Of a stretch of 64,000 bases of DNA, positions 28,430 to 35,669 are shown piece by piece. Where the stretch lies: the IMG/VR virus record IMGVR_UViG_3300025133_000030, positions 32,001 to 96,000 of that record, one strand, 5' to 3'. Every line of letters begins with the position of its first letter. Position 1 is the first letter of the stretch. The position numbers were made by a program, and so were the translations under genes. The notes under the pieces are model-generated. The model ran no database searches. It worked only from the letters and a program-made list of their open reading frames with translations, and was not told where the DNA came from. This DNA is from a virus.

Positions 28430-29191
28430 ATGGATATTGGCAGACACTTTGACACAAAAGCTACTTGGAAAGGTTACCAGAATGTTAAGGGTAAGAAAAC
28501 TCGCGTCCAATACTTGGGCAACGTAGCCAAGGTTGGCAATGATATTGTTGATAATAGAGATGGCAACTTGTTCAGAGACTACAGTGTTCAATTCGGCGGT
28601 CACTTCAATGACAAGTCTGGTTCAAGACTAATAACTATTGAAGAGGCGGTAGAGGCAGTTTGTTTTGGCATTGAGCTACGCTCAGATAGATACGGAAAGG
28701 AAAGATATCAGTATCTTCGCAATGATTTATTGGTAGCAGGAAAGAAGCTAAGCTCGAAAGATTTTGAGATTATCTCAGCTTATAATATTAAGCCAGCTTT
28801 TAAACGTGACTTTCTTGGGAACCTGCGTTATCTTAAGGAAGAAATGTTAGCCGCTGGTGCTTACGGGTTCAATGCTTGCGTCATGGACTACAATATGGCA
28901 ACGGCAAGATTGATTCTCAAAGAGGGTGACATCGATGATGCGGTTGTTTGGCGTCTTGGAGATGATCCCACCCGCCGCCGTTCAAGCTTGAGACAATACC
29001 TTATGAGCATTGCGGTGACTAACAAGGGCAAGATCAGCTTAGAACAATTCAAAGTTCTTGAGAATTGGGGATTGGTTGTAGCTGATGGTGTTCACACAAC
29101 CAAATACAAAGATGGAGAAAAACATCTCATAACTTATAATATGTCGAGGTTTTCAGGCAACGCACACGAGTGGGCAAAAGAGAGAACGTAA
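28430..29191 (+). CDS. hypothetical protein
   Basis: 253 aa; TTGACA...TAATAT promoter, GAGG RBS. Confidence 0.75.
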   Translation: MDIGRHFDTKATWKGYQNVKGKKTRVQYLGNVAKVGNDIVDNRDGNLFRDYSVQFGGHFNDKSGSRLITIEEAVEAVCFGIELRSDRYGKERYQYLRNDLLVAGKKLSSKDFEIISAYNIKPAFKRDFLGNLRYLKEEMLAAGAYGFNACVMDYNMATARLILKEGDIDDAVVWRLGDDPTRRRSSLRQYLMSIAVTNKGKISLEQFKVLENWGLVVADGVHTTKYKDGEKHLITYNMSRFSGNAHEWAKERT

Positions 29192-29246
29192 CTCTTTCAG
29201 TTATAGAAAGTAGTCTGGCACATGCCGGGACTGAAAGGAGTTAAAA

Positions 29247-29354
29247 ATGGTTCACATCGAAGTTTATTGCATGAGCAATGGCAATGGTGGTTGGCCTTCC
29301 ACAACTGGTAACCCCAGTGGTGGCGGACGTGACAACAATCCACCAAATAAATAA
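29247..29354 (+). CDS. small Gly/Asn-rich peptide (GWPSTTGNPSGGGR)
   Basis: AAAGGAG RBS; 35 aa. Confidence 0.45.
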   Translation: MVHIEVYCMSNGNGGWPSTTGNPSGGGRDNNPPNK

Positions 29355-29362
29355 AAAACTAT

Positions 29363-29491
29363 AGGCATGTGCAATGCCTTCCCGTGCACAGGGAGAATCA
29401 AGGGGCTACGTAGCTTTGGAAGCACTGGTGAGTTTACCCCGTCACTTCGGTGACGGGCAGGGGTTCTCACTGAAACAAAAAAAACCCCTTG
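29363..29491 (+). ncRNA. candidate structured RNA upstream of tRNA-Lys
   Basis: CAAGGGG/CCCCTTG, GTGAG/CTCAC, CCCGTCAC-TTCG-GTGACGGG. Confidence 0.4.
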
Positions 29492-29494
29492 TAT

Positions 29495-29567
29495 GGAGCA
29501 TTGGCGCAATTGGTAGCGCATCGGACTTTTAATCCGCTGGTTCCGAGTTCGAGTCTCGGATGCTCCA
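29495..29567 (+). tRNA. tRNA-Lys(TTT)
   Basis: GGAGCAT/ATGCTCC stem, CTTTTAA loop. Confidence 0.93.
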
Positions 29568-29577
29568 CTAAGATTGG

Positions 29578-29922
29578 ATGGGAGATATGGGATACAGATC
29601 AGAAGTAGCTATAGCCTTGACGGATCATGCAGTGAGGTTGCTTAACGCAATCATGGAACATGAGCCTGAAGTTCGTAAACTTGTTGGTGATGGCCAACAA
29701 ACTATCAACACGAGCGAAGAAGACAGAGGTGGTAAACTCTACTGGGATTATATCAAATGGTACGATGATTTCCAAGAGATCTCAATGGTCGAACGACTAT
29801 TGGAGCACATCCCAGATGAAGACTTCCACTTTATCAGAATTGGTGAGGATTCGACTGATATCGAGGAGCGTGGTGGCTTCTACGCCAGCGACATGCATGT
29901 GCAGAGGTCAATATCGTGGTAG
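29578..29922 (+). CDS. hypothetical phage protein
   Basis: MGYRSEV...IKWY...FIRIGED. Confidence 0.7.
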   Translation: MGDMGYRSEVAIALTDHAVRLLNAIMEHEPEVRKLVGDGQQTINTSEEDRGGKLYWDYIKWYDDFQEISMVERLLEHIPDEDFHFIRIGEDSTDIEERGGFYASDMHVQRSISW

Positions 29923-30191
29923 CAATAACATTGGGTGCTCTTGTCAAGTCCGGTAAAGATGGCGCACTGGGCACAGTCACAAAGGTGACTAGGTTGGAGA
30001 TTCCAGACGAAGGTGGCCAAGAGCTTATGCCCCATCAGGATGCATACCGAATCCGCACCGGTGATGTAGTCTCTGTCAGGTGGCAGAGCGACCCGACTAA
30101 GCAGACCACACACGTATTCTACGATGGTCAGGCCGAATCCTTCGTTGATATGTCAGACACTCACATGAACATCACGATTGTAGAACGGTGA
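29916..30191 (+). CDS. SH3-like hypothetical protein
   Basis: LGALV...GTV...VRW. Confidence 0.6.
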   Translation: MVAITLGALVKSGKDGALGTVTKVTRLEIPDEGGQELMPHQDAYRIRTGDVVSVRWQSDPTKQTTHVFYDGQAESFVDMSDTHMNITIVER

Positions 30192-30358
30192 AGCCCGGTG
30201 ATTTAGTGAGGTATAAGCCTAGCTTATTTAGCTCAAACCCAACTAAAATCTATATAGTGCGAAGAGTCGAGCCATCCAACGATTGGACTTTTGTTCACGG
30301 TTCCTCGCCTGTACCGATCCAAATGAGCCTTTTAGAAGTGGTTAGTGAGAAACCCTAA
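30188..30358 (+). CDS. GDLV cassette-type protein (56 aa, not in ORF track)
   Basis: MKPGDLVRY...LLEVVSEKP. Confidence 0.65.
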   Translation: MKPGDLVRYKPSLFSSNPTKIYIVRRVEPSNDWTFVHGSSPVPIQMSLLEVVSEKP

Positions 30359-30594
30359 TGTGGTCAAATAACAGTACAAACTATCAAGACCCGCCTATAC
30401 CTAAAATTGGAGAAGCAGTCCACCACATTGGATATAACCCTGAATTTTATTATGGTCTTGGCCTTGTTCAATCAGTAACTAGGAGAGACGCATTCGGACG
30501 CCCGTCTCGCGTCAAGGTTTTGTGGTCAAAATGTAAAACCAACGGTGACATTGACATCCGACAACTTAGACTTGCACATTCAGAAAATACTTGA
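30358..30594 (+). CDS. SH3-like hypothetical protein
   Basis: KIGEAV...GLV...VLW. Confidence 0.6.
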   Translation: MWSNNSTNYQDPPIPKIGEAVHHIGYNPEFYYGLGLVQSVTRRDAFGRPSRVKVLWSKCKTNGDIDIRQLRLAHSENT

Positions 30595-30619
30595 CTTTTG
30601 TTAAGTTATTTGATATTAT
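30591..30619 (+). promoter_or_regulatory. sigma70 promoter heading cassette array 2
   Basis: TTGACT-N17-TATTAT with extended TG. Confidence 0.7.
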
Positions 30620-30643
30620 ATAAGAACAATAAAGGTAAAGAGT

Positions 30644-30862
30644 TTGCAAGTGGAATTGAAAGCTGGAGATATGGTGTACTTCGAGCCACACCTTGCACTT
30701 GGCGTCTTGATAGAGAAAAGAGGCGACGACTGGGTTTACTCTCTGAGGTCTCCTCCGCGCAACGATGTTGAGCATTTTATGATTAAGACTGACCAGCATG
30801 CTGAAACAGCGTTCATCGCGGATATAGAAAGTGGAAGACTCAAATACTATGCGAGTCGGTGA
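30644..30862 (+). CDS. first cassette of array 2
   Basis: LKAGDMV...YYASR. Confidence 0.7.
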   Translation: MQVELKAGDMVYFEPHLALGVLIEKRGDDWVYSLRSPPRNDVEHFMIKTDQHAETAFIADIESGRLKYYASR

Positions 30863-31061
30863 TCTGATTGAGTGCAACAACGACCATCGAGCAATAATCA
30901 TGGGCATGCAGATGCTTTATCCGGGCCACCCTCAGTCTCCGGTGCGGAATTATGAGGTATTGTGGCTTAATGAAGCGCCAAAGCACTCGCGAAAGTTTGG
31001 ACAATTTTACATTCTTAGTGCTTTTGCAGTAAAGAGAGTTATTAGTCGTGCAAGTCGGTGA
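30849..31061 (+). CDS. array cassette
   Basis: MRVGDLIE...RASR. Confidence 0.75.
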   Translation: MRVGDLIECNNDHRAIIMGMQMLYPGHPQSPVRNYEVLWLNEAPKHSRKFGQFYILSAFAVKRVISRASR

Positions 31062-31260
31062 TTTAGTGAGGAAGCGTTTCGGGCGCATCGACCCATACCA
31101 ACAGAGTACAGCAGGCGTCATCGTCGGCAAGGAAGTCGAAACTCGGGGTTCAAACCCCATGCTCTGTGGTCAATGGCTTGTCGTTTATTATCCCGGCTCT
31201 GGCCATCGAGCCTATAGATACAGGCCATCGGAATTTGAGGTAATCAGTGAAAGTCGGTGA
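31048..31260 (+). CDS. array cassette
   Basis: MQVGDLV...FEVISESR. Confidence 0.8.
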   Translation: MQVGDLVRKRFGRIDPYQQSTAGVIVGKEVETRGSNPMLCGQWLVVYYPGSGHRAYRYRPSEFEVISESR

Positions 31261-31426
31261 TTTGGTTCAGTGGTACACTGAGTACGCAGACACCACCGTG
31301 GTAGATGTTGGTTTCGTCACGCTCAGCGCGATTAATCATGTCTTTATCGTGTGGCAAACTGGTGATGGAAACGGCTGGTTCTGCCCGGGCCATCCAAGCA
31401 TAGGAGTTATCAGTGAAAGTCGGTGA
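31247..31426 (+). CDS. array cassette (59 aa, not in ORF track)
   Basis: MKVGDLVQWY...GVISESR. Confidence 0.75.
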   Translation: MKVGDLVQWYTEYADTTVVDVGFVTLSAINHVFIVWQTGDGNGWFCPGHPSIGVISESR

Positions 31427-31589
31427 CTTGGTGTGTTATCTGGATAGGTACTACGGTATCGTCACAGAGTGTGGCATGTACTTTGAATACGGTGATAACG
31501 TCGCAGGTGTCGAAGTTGTCTGGATGGATTCTGGATTCAAATCGTGGGAGTTTGGGAGCTTGCTGGAGGTCATCAGTGAAAATCGGTGA
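31413..31589 (+). CDS. array cassette (58 aa, not in ORF track)
   Basis: MKVGDLVCYLDRY...LEVISENR. Confidence 0.75.
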   Translation: MKVGDLVCYLDRYYGIVTECGMYFEYGDNVAGVEVVWMDSGFKSWEFGSLLEVISENR

Positions 31590-31797
31590 CTTAATTAAGT
31601 ATCGAGGACTGGAAGAGGATGGACATTACCCATACAAAGCAATTGGCCTCTGTCTAAGGAAGCAGACCGATCCACACTACCCTGATCACGGCATGAGAAT
31701 GTTAGTTATGTGGTTTGATGACATGGAATCCACCCACGAAGACCTCGATGTTTGTGAAAAAGACGACTGGATGGAAGTAATCAGTGAAAGTCGGTGA
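31576..31797 (+). CDS. array cassette
   Basis: MKIGDLI...MEVISESR. Confidence 0.8.
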   Translation: MKIGDLIKYRGLEEDGHYPYKAIGLCLRKQTDPHYPDHGMRMLVMWFDDMESTHEDLDVCEKDDWMEVISESR

Positions 31798-31984
31798 TTT
31801 GGTGAGGTTTAGATTCTCTTCTGATGAAGCGGGAAATCCGTCTTTGGTGGGTTTAATTGTAGATGTAGATACATTTCTTTATTTGGACAAAGCATATGTC
31901 AAGTGGAATCCGACACAGTTGGGTACGAACAAACTTCTGTGGGAAAACGTCGAAGAATTGGAGGTTATCAGTGAAAGTCGGTGA
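31784..31984 (+). CDS. array cassette
   Basis: MKVGDLV...LEVISESR. Confidence 0.8.
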   Translation: MKVGDLVRFRFSSDEAGNPSLVGLIVDVDTFLYLDKAYVKWNPTQLGTNKLLWENVEELEVISESR

Positions 31985-32120
31985 TTTGGTTGAAACATAC
32001 GAGTTTGGCGTTGGCATACTCGTAGAGATTATGTTCAACAACTATCGTGTCCTTTACCCAAGTGGCAAATGGTATTGGACCACCAAACCAGATTTGGAGT
32101 TAATCAGTGAAAATCGGTGA
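31971..32120 (+). CDS. array cassette (49 aa)
   Basis: MKVGDLV...LELISENR. Confidence 0.75.
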   Translation: MKVGDLVETYEFGVGILVEIMFNNYRVLYPSGKWYWTTKPDLELISENR

Positions 32121-32307
32121 TCTGGTAAGATGTCCGAAAGAAGACCGCTACTGGTGGAGTGAGCAGGTTGGATTGGTTATAGGCTACGGTTATGGTGATC
32201 AGGAAGGTGATGACCGAGATAAGTCTGCCTTGCACATTCTCATCGATGGCAACAAGCATGCAAGGTTCGGAGCCAATTTCTTGGAGTTGGTCAGTGAAAG
32301 TCGGTGA
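32107..32307 (+). CDS. array cassette
   Basis: MKIGDLV...LELVSESR. Confidence 0.8.
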   Translation: MKIGDLVRCPKEDRYWWSEQVGLVIGYGYGDQEGDDRDKSALHILIDGNKHARFGANFLELVSESR

Positions 32308-32500
32308 TCTTGTTAAATGGAGTGACTTTCAAATTGCGTGGAATTTAGTACACAATTCACATTTAAGAGACTTGACAGGCCAACGCCAGTGTGGTATTAT
32401 AATAGATAATAACCCGATGTATTTTTTTATTCGCTGGGAAAATGGAGAAGTCCTTGCACAGAAAGAAGATGAACTCGCTGTCATCAGCGAAAGTCGGTGA
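32294..32500 (+). CDS. array cassette
   Basis: MKVGDLVKW...LAVISESR. Confidence 0.8.
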   Translation: MKVGDLVKWSDFQIAWNLVHNSHLRDLTGQRQCGIIIDNNPMYFFIRWENGEVLAQKEDELAVISESR

Positions 32501-32687
32501 TCTGGTAAAGATTGAAGGTGGGACGCTCAGGCCAGACTGGTACGGAGCGGTCGGAGTCGTCACTTCTCTAGAAAGCGAATGGGCCTATCGTATTTCAAAC
32601 CATACTTGGTACAAAGTCGCGCTGCCTTCCCATGGAACAAAGATAATTCGCAATGATATGTTGATGGTGTTGAATGAAAGTCGGTGA
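32442..32687 (+). CDS. array cassette whose junction start is GCG (32487); in-frame ATG at 32442
   Basis: AKVGDLV...VLNESR. Confidence 0.6.
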   Translation: MEKSLHRKKMNSLSSAKVGDLVKIEGGTLRPDWYGAVGVVTSLESEWAYRISNHTWYKVALPSHGTKIIRNDMLMVLNESR

Positions 32688-32865
32688 TTTGATTAAAGAT
32701 AAATATGCATCCATTCCCAATTGGGGTCTTATTGTCTACAAGGATGAATACGGTGATGTCAATGCATATCATGTGTTGGTAAGCAATGGTAAGTTAGATT
32801 ATCTTTCAAGAGATTATGTTGAAAACAGATGTGAGGTAGTCAGTGATTGTCGGAAAATTAGTTAA
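32674..32865 (+). CDS. array cassette
   Basis: MKVGDLI...CEVVSD. Confidence 0.8.
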   Translation: MKVGDLIKDKYASIPNWGLIVYKDEYGDVNAYHVLVSNGKLDYLSRDYVENRCEVVSDCRKIS

Positions 32866-33037
32866 GATGTCTTGCCCGACTTCGTTCAGGTTACGTGGCT
32901 ATGGGCTGGTGACGAAGATATCACACTACGATGACATCACTAGGTTGCCAAAAAGAGTGTATGTCCAGTGGCAAAAGCTGGTTGGTGAGCGTAACTGTGG
33001 AGTGATTCATTTGGAGGTTGTCAGTGAAAATCGGTAG
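32843..33037 (+). CDS. array cassette
   Basis: MIVGKLV...LEVVSENR. Confidence 0.78.
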   Translation: MIVGKLVKMSCPTSFRLRGYGLVTKISHYDDITRLPKRVYVQWQKLVGERNCGVIHLEVVSENR

Positions 33038-33236
33038 TTTAGTGAGGTGGGCCAATCCGGCCGCACCGGGATTTGGCATCGTTGTCGGTGAATATGAGAA
33101 TCTCAGCGCCCTCGACGTCCTCAATGGGCACATTCTAGTCAAATGGTTCGATGGGGTTGGTTCTGGGGTAATCCCTAAAAATCATAAGTATTTGGAGTTG
33201 ATAAGTGAAACCCGGCGATCTAGTCAGGTGGTCTGA
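33024..33236 (+). CDS. array cassette
   Basis: MKIGSLV...LELISE. Confidence 0.78.
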   Translation: MKIGSLVRWANPAAPGFGIVVGEYENLSALDVLNGHILVKWFDGVGSGVIPKNHKYLELISETRRSSQVV

Positions 33237-33408
33237 CTGCATGAGTGCATGGCTTCGCCGCAGTAATTACTTGCACGATATAAGTCACCATCGGCAGCGT
33301 GGAATTATTTATGGTGAGAATCGAAAATACTATTTCGTTCGCTGGGATAACGGAGAGCGGCTTGCAGAAGCACCAGAGAACTTGGAGGTAGTCAGTGAAA
33401 ATCGGTGA
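33205..33408 (+). CDS. array cassette
   Basis: MKPGDLV...LEVVSENR. Confidence 0.8.
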   Translation: MKPGDLVRWSDCMSAWLRRSNYLHDISHHRQRGIIYGENRKYYFVRWDNGERLAEAPENLEVVSENR

Positions 33409-33574
33409 TTTGGTTGCTCATACAATGGACAGTGGTCCACCCGGCGTTGGGTTGGTGGTGGAGTTATCAAAAATAAGGCCCGGATGGGCCATGTGCAAAT
33501 TTATATGCAGGGATCAAGCGTGGTGGTATCCAATGAGTGTCTTGCATATTAAAGGATATAGAGAAAAGAAATGA
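33395..33574 (+). CDS. last array cassette (59 aa, not in ORF track)
   Basis: MKIGDLVAH...GLVV. Confidence 0.72.
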   Translation: MKIGDLVAHTMDSGPPGVGLVVELSKIRPGWAMCKFICRDQAWWYPMSVLHIKGYREKK

Positions 33575-33686
33575 AAGAATTTGGTTTATTTTGTGTGGGA
33601 TTCATCACCGGCTGTATTGTCGGCAAGGATTCAGTGTGCGCCCTACTCCACAAACTACAGGCATATGTGATGGGAATGGTGGGATA

Positions 33687-33857
33687 ATGAATAAAGAACA
33701 AGCAAGAATGCTCGCGAGGAAAATCTATAATCTCCCGAAAGGAGAAAGAACTCAAACCCTTGGGGCTTTAGACACGGACTCTAGGATTTTGGTTGTGAAG
33801 GAGTTATACTATTTGAGGGGTGATGCGCCTCCCGGTAAGGCACCAAGCTGCTCCTGA
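33687..33857 (+). CDS. hypothetical protein
   Basis: TAATG overlap with a small upstream ORF. Confidence 0.5.
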   Translation: MNKEQARMLARKIYNLPKGERTQTLGALDTDSRILVVKELYYLRGDAPPGKAPSCS

Positions 33858-33885
33858 TTATTCTATAAATGGGGTCACTTTTTTC

Positions 33886-33914
33886 TTGACTCGGCCTTAA
33901 TCTTATGATAGTAT
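33886..33914 (+). promoter_or_regulatory. repeated early promoter, copy 1
   Basis: TTGACT-N17-TAGTAT, preceded by GGGTCACTTTTTTC. Confidence 0.75.
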
Positions 33915-33942
33915 TATAATACAACGATTGAGGAACAAGCAA

Positions 33943-34137
33943 ATGCCAACGTATAGAGTGCAAGTAGCGCAGATGATTAGAGAATATGCAACGGTCAATA
34001 TCACAGCCGACACCGAAGAGGAAGCAGTTAAGCAAGCCCGCGACCTCGACTGGCAGGACTTCATTGTATATAACCAGATCCGCCAAGACTATCATCACAC
34101 GGAGTTCCTCGAACCCATCGTAGTCGGTGAGCAGTGA
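33943..34137 (+). CDS. hypothetical early protein
   Basis: GAGGA RBS; ITADTEEEAV. Confidence 0.65.
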   Translation: MPTYRVQVAQMIREYATVNITADTEEEAVKQARDLDWQDFIVYNQIRQDYHHTEFLEPIVVGEQ

Positions 34138-34327
34138 ATTAGAATCGGGCTATCGAGTAAAAAGAGTGCATGTCGTGTGCGGATCCGCCATAACTGACGA
34201 CCTCTGTGCCACCTTTCTCGATTGTCCACCAGATTTCGATGCCAAGTGGCTGCAATGCGTGACTAAACGCAGCATCTTATTGCAGACCTTCGAGCTTAAT
34301 GTCACACTGGGGTTGCTCCCAGAGTGA
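34127..34327 (+). CDS. hypothetical protein
   Basis: overlapping ORF. Confidence 0.45.
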   Translation: MSSELESGYRVKRVHVVCGSAITDDLCATFLDCPPDFDAKWLQCVTKRSILLQTFELNVTLGLLPE

Positions 34328-34417
34328 AGGAAAACGCGGCTAGACAAGCCCCCGATTGGACATGGATGTTCCAACGCTTGGCATCGAATTTATTTTATAA
34401 ATAGGGTCACTTTTTTC

Positions 34418-34446
34418 TTGACCAGCCCATGATATTGTGATAGTAT
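34418..34446 (+). promoter_or_regulatory. repeated early promoter, copy 2
   Basis: TTGACC-N17-TAGTAT, same upstream block. Confidence 0.75.
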
Positions 34447-34476
34447 ATATACACAAGATGAGGGAAGGGTTTTATT

Positions 34477-34722
34477 TTGTTGGAATCGATACGCGAGAAT
34501 TTGCAGCAGCGAGAAGAGTTGATTTCTCAATTGCAGCGCCAATTAGACTTTGAACGTGATTTCGGCATTGTAGCCCACGAGATCCAATCCATCCGAGTTA
34601 GAGGTCGAGGGACCAGTAACCGACAGAGTTGGGTCACTATGAGAGACGGAACCGAGCACCACGTTGTTGGTGTAGATGTTAAATTTGCCTTAGATGGCGT
34701 TGAAGATTGGAGAGTCCAATAA
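34477..34722 (+). CDS. hypothetical early protein
   Basis: follows promoter. Confidence 0.65.
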   Translation: MLESIRENLQQREELISQLQRQLDFERDFGIVAHEIQSIRVRGRGTSNRQSWVTMRDGTEHHVVGVDVKFALDGVEDWRVQ

Positions 34723-34967
34723 TGAGTAGAGTTAGAAACGAAGTAGTTGTGCGCCGATGGGCCGCAGGCACCGAAGCAAGCAACCATCAAGGTTCGTTCA
34801 GGACCGATGGCAAGCGGTTGTTTTCTTACGAGTTGCAGATCGGTGATACTACCGATGGCATCAAGGTTTTGCGCGACTATAGCGCAAAGGGGCGGCACGG
34901 ATTCAAATCCATGACCACCAGCCAGCACGTTGGCAAGGCCCGAATGTGGGCCGACATCATCGATTAG
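34722..34967 (+). CDS. hypothetical early protein
   Basis: DGKRLFSY...SMTTSQHV. Confidence 0.7.
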   Translation: MSRVRNEVVVRRWAAGTEASNHQGSFRTDGKRLFSYELQIGDTTDGIKVLRDYSAKGRHGFKSMTTSQHVGKARMWADIID

Positions 34968-35196
34968 GAGAGTTTATTATGATTCGCTTGAGTTCTTATA
35001 CCGTGAACTATTCAACTCGACGACGACCCCGTTTAAGGCGGCGAGTTCGCCGCGATTTTTTTGGAGTCTGAAATGCATTGTTGCAGTGTTAATACACTTT
35101 ATCCTTGTTCGTCGTGTCACCGACCGACGAATCGAATGAAATATCTGAAGATGGCCCACCACCGCGGCGTTAGTTCCCCGCTCAAGGCAATGCGGC

Positions 35197-35445
35197 TTGA
35201 TGGCCGACGTGGCACATCTTCACAGACGACACAGGCTAAGTAAGGTGACTATTTTGGGATTCTTTGAAGGAATTGGTACGACGTGGCGATACGCACAGAG
35301 GCAGGCCATTGCCGAGATGAGCAGGGCCGAACTGGTTGAGTGGTTGGAGTTCAGGGGCATGGCTTGTTATGATGATGAGTCAACCGAACTGCTTCGAGAG
35401 ACGGCACTCGAAGACTATGATGAAGAGCAGGGTAACACTGCTTAG
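35197..35445 (+). CDS. hypothetical protein (start uncertain)
   Basis: MSRAELVEWLE...YDDESTELLRE. Confidence 0.5.
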   Translation: MMADVAHLHRRHRLSKVTILGFFEGIGTTWRYAQRQAIAEMSRAELVEWLEFRGMACYDDESTELLRETALEDYDEEQGNTA

Positions 35446-35567
35446 GGCGCTCATGGTTGGGGCGTTGCTGGCGCGACCGGTAACGAGTCTGCATGTGGTT
35501 GGTAGGAGATACGCCTCGCGCCAACCATGAGCATTGAAATTATTTTCACTTTCATGTCGTTTTTTTC

Positions 35568-35596
35568 TTGACATGGGGGTGAAAACCTGATAGTAT
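35568..35596 (+). promoter_or_regulatory. repeated early promoter, copy 3
   Basis: TTGACA-N17-TAGTAT, followed by TATACACAAGATGAGGG. Confidence 0.75.
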
Positions 35597-35669
35597 TATA
35601 TACACAAGATGAGGGTGCGGGCAAATTCCGCACCAAACCAAACACCAATGAAACCGAAAGGTACTTAGA

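Larger units (their letters stand above)
30644..33574 (+). repeat. tandem mini-gene cassette array 2 (16 units)
   Basis: junction starts at 30849, 31048, 31247, 31413, 31576, 31784, 31971, 32107, 32294, 32487, 32674, 32843, 33024, 33205, 33395. Confidence 0.9.

Noticed and set aside
31423-32293. Long N-terminal extensions in track ORFs 31423, 31896 and 32192 (also 27989)
   Set aside because: The true starts are most likely the junction GTGs with an SD; the extensions are alternate-frame readings of the preceding cassettes.
27640-33420. CRISPR or TIGR guide-RNA array interpretation of the junction repeats
   Set aside because: Unit lengths are 136-211 bp and variable, every unit is an intact ORF, the repeats are degenerate and protein-coding, and no cas operon is adjacent.
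27129-33574. Classical integron or diversity-generating retroelement
   Set aside because: No attC-type long imperfect palindromes, integrase or reverse transcriptase in the window; paralog differences are not adenine-specific.
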